The translations under genes were made by a program, and so were the position numbers. Below are positions 56,890 through 64,000 of a stretch of 64,000 nucleotides of DNA, in pieces. The stretch lies in the NCBI RefSeq assembly GCF_018977255.1, contig NW_024704772.1, positions 372,001 through 436,000 of the forward strand. The letters are read 5' to 3'. Under the pieces are notes generated by a model that was given only the letters and a program-made list of their open reading frames with translations, was not told the origin of the DNA and ran no database searches. Position 1 is the stretch's first letter. Each line of letters starts with the position of its first letter. Source of the DNA: Callorhinchus milii. Lineage: Eukaryota.

Positions 56890-57784
56890 GAGCGTTGGGT
56901 TTAAACTCACTGCTGAGGAAAGCTGCTGCCACCTTGGGTCTTGGACCTTAATAGGGGAGCGAGACGTGGGGCAGTGGGTGTCCTGGGAAAGTGTGTCACT
57001 GAAGCTGCCGCTCGCAGCTCACTCAGCAAAGTCTTGTGGAGTCAAACAAACCTTCGCTCACTCTCTCTCTCCTTCACGTCAGCAGAACTGCAGCTGCCTG
57101 TGTCTGTGTGGGTCAGCCAGAGGGGCTGTGTGAGGGAGAGAGAGAGAGAGAGAGGGAGGGAGGGAGGACGAAGGCAGGGAAAAGGAGAACGAGGGGAGAC
57201 CAGGAACGGGAGAGAGACGGAGTGGGTGTGTGGGTGTGTGGGTGTCTGCAAGTGTATGTTGGTGGGCGTGTGTCTAAATGCGTGTGACTGTAAGTGACTG
57301 TGTCTGTGCCAGTTTGTGTGTGTGTGTGTCTGTAAGTGGGTTAGTGTGTGTGTGGAGCACACAGGTACACACGGAGGTGTGTGTGTGTGTGTGCGTGTGT
57401 GTGTCTTTAGCGTGCGTGGAGCACGCAGGTACACGCAGAGATGTGTGTGTGTGTGACAGGCAGGAGGTGTGCAGGAGGCAGAGGGATAAATTAGATGTAT
57501 TTATTACCAGCCAAACATGTCTGGCTCGCTGTGATGACAAGGCAGGGTTTAATGATGCAGTGATCTTTTTGTTGTGTTAACATGTCATAAACGCGAGACC
57601 CTGAGCGAGGTCTGGGAGGGGGATTGGGAGATTCGTATCTCAGGGCGGAGATGGGAGATGTTTGCCGTGGGGGGTGGGGTTGGGGCGGGGTGGGTGGGGG
57701 GGGGGTGGGGGGGAGAGAGATGTGCAGGAACACAAGTTATGTTCAGGACAGAAACGGGAGAGTTTTTTTTAACCAAGAGGGTAG
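56890..57784 (+). repeat. Direct duplication, copy 1 (~895 bp)
   Basis: Near-identical to 60278-61182. Confidence 0.92.
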
Positions 57785-58479
57785 CCCCTCCCTCGCCCTC
57801 TCCCCCTCCCTCCCCCTCTCCTTCAACCCTCCCTCACCCTCTCCCCCTCCCTCCTCCCCTCTCCTTCAACCCTCCCTCACCCTCTCCCCCTCCCTCCCCC
57901 TCTCCTTCAACCCTCCCTCACCCTCTCCCCTCCTTCACCTTTCCCCCTCCCTCCTGCCTTCCCAGCCTCATGCTGTGCTGTCCACCAGTAATGTGTGTCA
58001 CACTGGGGCACGGACCCCCTCCCCTCCCCTCCCCTCCCCTCCCTCTCAAACTTCCCTCCCAATTGTTAATCGGAGTCGCGATGCAGATCGGCCACGATTT
58101 AGTGGAATGGCGGAACAGGCTCGAGGGGCTGAATGGCTGTGTGTGTACGTGTAAGATGGGGAGTGGGAGTGTCTGTGTGGGGTGGGGGGTCTGTGTTTTG
58201 AGGGTGGGAGTGTGGGGGGAGCGGCTGTCTGTGTAAGGTGTGTGTGTCCGCGGGGGGCTGTGTGTGGGTGGGGGTGGGGGGAATGTTGGGTGTTGTTTTT
58301 AACACTCTCTGACATGGGATCCGCACGGGAAAGATTACCTTAGATTTAATTTGTCTGTGATGAACATTGATAAATTTAGGATTAAATATCTTTCGGGACT
58401 AACAGCTCCTGTGGAAGCTATCAGCGACCTCGGCGGCCAGCGAGCAGCTCATCATTGCTTCACATCCTCCCCACCCTCA

Positions 58480-58810
58480 CACCCCCTCTCCCCGCCCTCA
58501 CACCCCCTCTCCCCTCACACCCCCTCTCCCCTCACACCCCTCTCCCCCTCACACCCCCTCCCCCTCACACCCCCTCTCCCCTCACACCCCCTCTCCCCTC
58601 ACACCCCCTCTCCCCCCCTCACACCCCTCTCCCCTCACACCCCCTCTGCCCTCACACCCCCTCTCCCCTCACAACCCCTCTCCCCGCCCTCACAACCCCT
58701 CTCCCCTCACAACCCCTCTCCCCTCACACCCCCTCTCCCCTCACACCCCCTCTCCCCTCACACCCCCTCTCCCCTCACACCCCCTCTCACACTCCTCACC
58801 CCCTCACAAT
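58480..58810. repeat. 17-nt minisatellite (ccctcacaccccctctc)n
   Basis: Tandem units are directly visible. Confidence 0.85.
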
Positions 58811-59933
58811 CCTCACCGCCCCACACCCACTCACACACTCCCTCACAGACACACACACACCCTCACACCGCTTCACACATACCCTTACGCTCACCCTCCT
58901 GCCCCCACCCCCCACCCACACAAGCCCCCATCTCTGCCGAGCTTTCAGCTATTCCCCCCAAACCCCCCCCCACACCCCTGTCTTAAGACTATTATTGTGA
59001 TAATAATCCTTGCTTTGAATACAGCACCTTATCACGTTGGAAAGATGTCCCAGAGTGCTTCACAAAATATACTGTAAAGTGTAGTGACTGTGTGTGTGGA
59101 GGACTTTCCCCTTCTACGGCACCTCTGGCCCCCTCCCTTCCCTCCCCTTCCCCAGCTCGGCATCAGATCGCACCCACACGCTCCCACACGCTAGCCGTGT
59201 GAAGGACGCTGTGTAAAACGGGTTGGTGTATTGTTTAGGTGAACACGGCAATCAATTAGCCCCAACGACATCCATTAACAGCGGTGCCGTCCTTCAGGGA
59301 AAGGTAAGAACATTAAGAATTAACACTGGTGTGTCTGCCACCATCCTGGCTGCCGCTTGTCATGTCATGTCCCAAACTATACACCGTTTCCCCAGATATC
59401 CCGCACAGACACCAAGGGCCGAATGGCCTCCTTCTGCGCTGTATAATTCTATGATATTATTTCCTAACAGAAATCGATCTGAGAATCGAAAGAACCGACA
59501 CTTTGTTCTTATGAGGACCCGGGACTCAAACTCAACAGCTCGCTCGCCTCCGGGTCAGAACGTCAGAAATGTGAGGGTTCAAGCCCCACGTGGGGGACTC
59601 TGAGCTCGCGGTCCAGGCTGACTTTCCAGCGCAATGCTGGGAACATAGGAACAGGAGGAGGACATTCTAACCTGTTCCGCCATTCTATTAGATCTGGGAC
59701 GCTACCCCGGGTGAAGGCGCTATATAAACAAAAGTTGTTGTTGTAGACCACGGTTGATCTGTACCTCAACCCCAATTACCCGCCATTGCCCCAAATCCCT
59801 CGATCCCCCGACCTGACGAACATCTCTCCACCTCAGGCTGGAAAACGTGACTGGTTGAAACACTCGCTCTGTCTCTCTCTGTCTCTCTTACACTCTCTCT
59901 CTCTCTCTCTCCCTCTCGGTCGCCTGTTTTCAG

Positions 59934-60020
59934 TTCTCATGAAGGCAGCCAACTCCTACTTTGTCGCTGTGGGGAGATTCGGGGACATGGCTCTGCACAC
60001 GTCCACCTCACAGATACTGG
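59934..60020 (+). CDS. BAIAP2L2: BAIAP2L2 (Pinkbar) internal exon, IMD/I-BAR domain
   Basis: 87-nt phase 1-1 exon, ttttcAG|...|GTAAGA, encoding LMKAANSYFVAVGRFGDMALHTSTSQILG. This aligns to human LSEAAEVYFSAIQKIGERALQSPTSQILG (from memory). BAIAP2L2 is the expected gene downstream of PLA2G6. Confidence 0.8.
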
Positions 60021-60277
60021 GTAAGACCGTCTTACCTTTGTAGGCGTGTGTGCGTGCATGCGTGTGTGTGTGTCTGCGTGCATGCGTGTGTGTATGTGTA
60101 TGCGGGATGGGGAATGGGTCAAAACACACAGTCACTGTACTTGACAGTGAAATCCTGTGAAGCACTTTGAGACGTGCTTCTGACTTGATAAGGCCCTGTG
60201 TCTGTCTGTACGGGATTATCACCATGTCTGTGAGGTACTGGAGATGTGGGTGACATAATCAGAGACTTGCTTGGCTG

Positions 60278-61182
60278 GAGCGTTGGGTTTAAACTCACTG
60301 CTGAGGAAAGCTGCTGCCACCTTGGGTCTTGGGACCTTAATAGGGGAGCGAGACGTGGGGCAGTGGGTGTCCTGGGAAAGTGTGTCACTGAAGCTGCCGC
60401 TCGCAGCTCACTCAGCAAAGTCTTGTGGAGTCAAACAAACCTTCGCTCACTCTCTCTCTCCTTCACGTCAGCAGAACTGCAGCTGCCTGTGTCTGTGTGG
60501 GTCAGCCAGAGGGGCTGTGTGAGGGAGAGAGAGAGAGAGGGAGGGAGGGAGGGAGGGAGGACGAAGGCAGGGAAAAGGAGAACGAGGGGAGACCAGGAAC
60601 GGGAGAGAGACGGAGTGGGTGTGTGGGTGTGTGGGTGTCTGCAAGTGTATGTTGGTGGGCGTGTGTCTAAATGCGTGTGACTGTAAGTGACTGTGTCTGT
60701 GCCAGTTTGTGTGTGTGTGTGTCTGTAAGTGGGTTAGTGTGTGTGTGGAGCACACAGGTACACACGGAGGTGTGTGTGTGTGTGTGTGCGTGTGTGTGTC
60801 TTTAGCGTGCGTGGAGCACGCAGGTACACGCAGAGATGTGTGTGTGTGTGACAGGCAGGAGGTGTGCAGGAGGCAGAGGGATAAATTAGATGTATTTATT
60901 ACCAGCCAAACATGTCTGGCTCGCTGTGATGACAAGGCAGGGTTTAATGATGCAGTGATCTTTTTGTTGTGTTAACATGTCATAAACGCGAGACCCTGAG
61001 CGAGGTCTGGGAGGGGGATTGGGAGATTCGTATCTCAGGGCGGAGATGGGAGATGTTTGCCGTGGGGGGTGGGGTTGGGGGCGGGGTGGGTGGGGGGGGG
61101 GGTGGGGGGGAGAGAGATGTGCAGGAACACAAGTTATGTTCAGGACAGAAACGGGAGAGTTTTTTTTTAACCAAGAGGGTAG
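60278..61182 (+). repeat. Direct duplication, copy 2 (~905 bp)
   Basis: Near-identical to 56890-57784. Confidence 0.92.
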
Positions 61183-61375
61183 TAATAATAATAATCATCC
61201 TCGCATTTGATACAGCGCCTGATCACATCTTCGAGACGTCTCAAAGCGCTTCCCAGGATACACTGTAAAGTGTAGTGACTATATTTTTGTGGGCGAAACA
61301 CAGCAGCCAATTGAGCCCAGCGACATCCCCACAAACAGTCGCGGATTGAGTGGCCAAATTATTATTATTTTTTAC
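61183..61375 (-). mobile_element. SINE 3' half
   Basis: (TAA)n followed by the family consensus. Confidence 0.75.
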
Positions 61376-61619
61376 CCGCTGGGAGGGCTGGGGGGTGACG
61401 TGGGCTTAACAGAGAAGGATGGTACCCCCCACTCCTTGGCCCCCGCAGCCCCCTCGTGGGAGAGAGTGGGCGGGTGGGGGGGGGGGGGGGGGGGCGAGGT
61501 GGTAGGGGCACCAATGGTAAAACTTCTGGCTCAGATTTCCTGCATAAGTATTTATAGCCCAGAGACAACTATCAGATCCTCACAATCAGCACTTCTGCTC
61601 TGTGTGTTAACCCTCTGTC

Positions 61620-61970
61620 TCATATCGACCCGTCTGTTCCCTCTGCTCCACGTCCCCCGCCCGGCCCACCCCCACCCCCACCATCAGCGGTCAAGCCTTC
61701 AGCCTCTCTGCCCCCAACCTCTCGATCTCCATCCCACAGTCCCTCCGCCTCCCCACCTCCCTCCCCAATCCCTCGCCTCCGTCAAGGCACATCTCAAGAC
61801 TCTCTGCTTCGACCGCGCCTTCGGTCACCCTCCTACCCCCACCCTCCCAGCCCTCCACCCCCTCCTGATCCCAACCCACAGCTCGGGGCCAAACCCCTGA
61901 CTGTCCAGCGCCTTCGGATGCCCTCCCAACATGAGAGGCCCCGGGTAAAGGTCACTTGTTGTTGTTGTAG
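61620..61970 (+). mobile_element. LINE2 3' fragment
   Basis: LLHVPRP...SVKAHLKTLCFDRAF followed by the L2 tail. Homologous to 2880-3330. Confidence 0.65.
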
Positions 61971-62888
61971 CCGCTGTGTGGCCTTTAAGGGGGTTTGTAT
62001 GATGGGGGGCGGTGAGTGTGGGGGATTTGAGTTGTGGAGTGTGTGGCGGGTGGGGGGTCCCTTGCGGCGGGGGGGGGGGGAGGGAGGGGGTGAGGGTGTG
62101 GAGTCAGGGGGAAGAGTTGTGTCTGTCTCAGGTGTGCCACCTCACACACCCCCTCCCTCGCCCTCGCCCTCCCTTTCCCAAAGGAGGGGAATTGATTCCT
62201 GGGGGAGAGGAGGGGAAAAGGAGGATTTGTCTATGAAATACAGTCACTAGACTTCGCAGGGTTGTTTGTTTGGGGCAGCCCTGGGGGTGAGGGGTGGGGG
62301 TCGGGGGGTCTGACACACGGGAAAACCCATCAAATTTGCTTAAGAGTCTCCAGATCAGCTTGAGACACCGACATGGAGGTTCCCGGTTCACAGAACTTCC
62401 TCAAGCGAGGGAAGCGGGGAGAGACGGAACCAGAGGGAGGGAGGGAGGGAGGGAGGGAGGGAGAGAAAGGGAGGCGGGAGAGGGAAGGAGGGTGAGAGAG
62501 AGAGGGAGAGACGGAGAGGGACAGAGAGAGGGAGAGAGAGTCCCTGGCTCTCTGCCCTCCCTGTCTCTCTCTGTTGTTGGCCTGACCTGACGTGTCTTTG
62601 GCCGGTGATTGAATTACGGCTGCTCAGCAGGGCCGGGGGGGGGGGGGGGGGGGCGGGGGGCCGGGGGGGGACCACCGCTGATGGCCAAACCAGATGTGGT
62701 GTGAATATTAGCAACAGGTGCCTCAGGGCAACTGAACCCCTCCCACACACCCTCACACACACACCCTCACACACAACCTCACCCTCACACACACAGGCAC
62801 ACCCTCGTACACACCCTTACAGACACACAGACGCACACACACAGGTGCACACACACACACACACACAGACGCGCACACACACACAGGT

Positions 62889-62925
<37 letters not shown>

Positions 62926-64000
62926 CACATACCCACCACGCACAGACACACACACACGCGCCAACTCCCCAGCTCCAGCTTCATGTTTAACTGAGCAAAT
63001 GGAGTCGCCCTTTAGCCCTCAAAGTTTTCCCTCCGCTCGCCACCCCACGGTCAGCCCCTTGCCCACAGGCACCCCCCCCCCCCCTCCCCCCCCACCCCCC
63101 CGCACACCCATGTTTAGTGTCGTCTGGGATCTGGTTGATGATCTTGATGACAGGCGGGTATTCTGTTGCCAACAGCCTATTTATAGAGGGAGTTTCTCTC
63201 TCTCTTTCTCTCTCTCTCTATCTCCTTCTCTTTCCTCCCTCTCTCTCCCTCTCACACTCTTTCTCTGTCTGCCTCTATTTTTCCTGCGCTCTCGTGCTTC
63301 TCTCTCTCTCTCTCCCCCATCACGCTCCCTCTCTCTTTTGCTCTCTCTCTCTCTCTTTTTTCCCCTTTACCCCTTTTGAAATAGACAATTTCACTCTGAA
63401 CCCTTCTCAATGAGATCTGTCTCCCCCCCCCCACCCACCCCCTTCCTGGCTCAGTCACTGGAGCTCGGCCCCCCCCTCCCTCTCCAGGTGGGTGGGGGGG
63501 GTTGAGCTGCCAGTTCAGGCGGTGCTGGGGGTCAGGGTGATGGTGGTGGGGTGGGTGTGTGGGGGAGAAGAGAGTCTTTCCAGCTTCAGTAGATGGAGTG
63601 ACTGGCTCCCCCCCCACCCCATCACCTATCCCCCCCACCCCCCCCCTTCTCACTGTGGGAGGGCTGCCCTCTGCCGACAGAAGGTGGATCTGTAACTAAC
63701 AGACAATAATCCTTACATTTCATCCAAACGCCTTTCACATTGTGGTGGAGGACGTCTCAAAGCACTTCTCAGGATTTCAGTGTAAAGTGTAGTGACTGTG
63801 TGTTTTGTAGGCGAACGCAGTATCCAATTTAATGCACAGTGACGCCCCACACACTGCCGTAAGACGAGCGAGAGGGAGATTTTACTTAGGGCTTGAGAAG
63901 CGTAGTCTCTAGACTTGATAAGCGCTGGGAGGCTCAGTGTGTGTGTGTGTGTGTGTGTGCACTGTGTGTGTGTGTGCGCGCGCTCAGTGTGTGTGTGTGT

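Noticed and set aside
60021-64000. Next BAIAP2L2 exon or displaced PLA2G6 exons
   Set aside because: Manual reading found no segment with matching translation and splice sites. They may lie beyond the window.

Overview
Vertebrate genomic DNA from a draft assembly with 11 N-gaps. The tRNA-head/Deu-type SINEs, LINE2 and CR1 tails, dense microsatellites and compact GC-rich genes suggest a cartilaginous fish such as Callorhinchus milii (inference). The window holds the block syntenic to human 22q13.1: CSNK1E (+, 9 coding exons, 416 aa), TMEM184B (+, 8 coding exons, 420 aa, plus a 21-nt microexon), MAFF (-, 2 coding exons, 143 aa), PLA2G6 (+, 11 coding exons found, C-terminal exons absent) and one isolated BAIAP2L2 exon (+). 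I found no prokaryote-type system. The best leads are in splicing and regulation: a CK1delta1-like alternative tail for CK1epsilon, a candidate poison microexon giving an ankyrin-only iPLA2beta, a triplicated Pbx/Prep-CCAAT promoter module, and an intronic MITE-like element carrying ETS-CRE motifs. A ~900-bp duplicated block sits where the PLA2G6 3' exons and BAIAP2L2 5' exons should be, which is probably a misassembly. Exon boundaries were read by hand from GT/AG sites and reading frame. Orthologue and repeat-family comparisons are from memory, not database searches.
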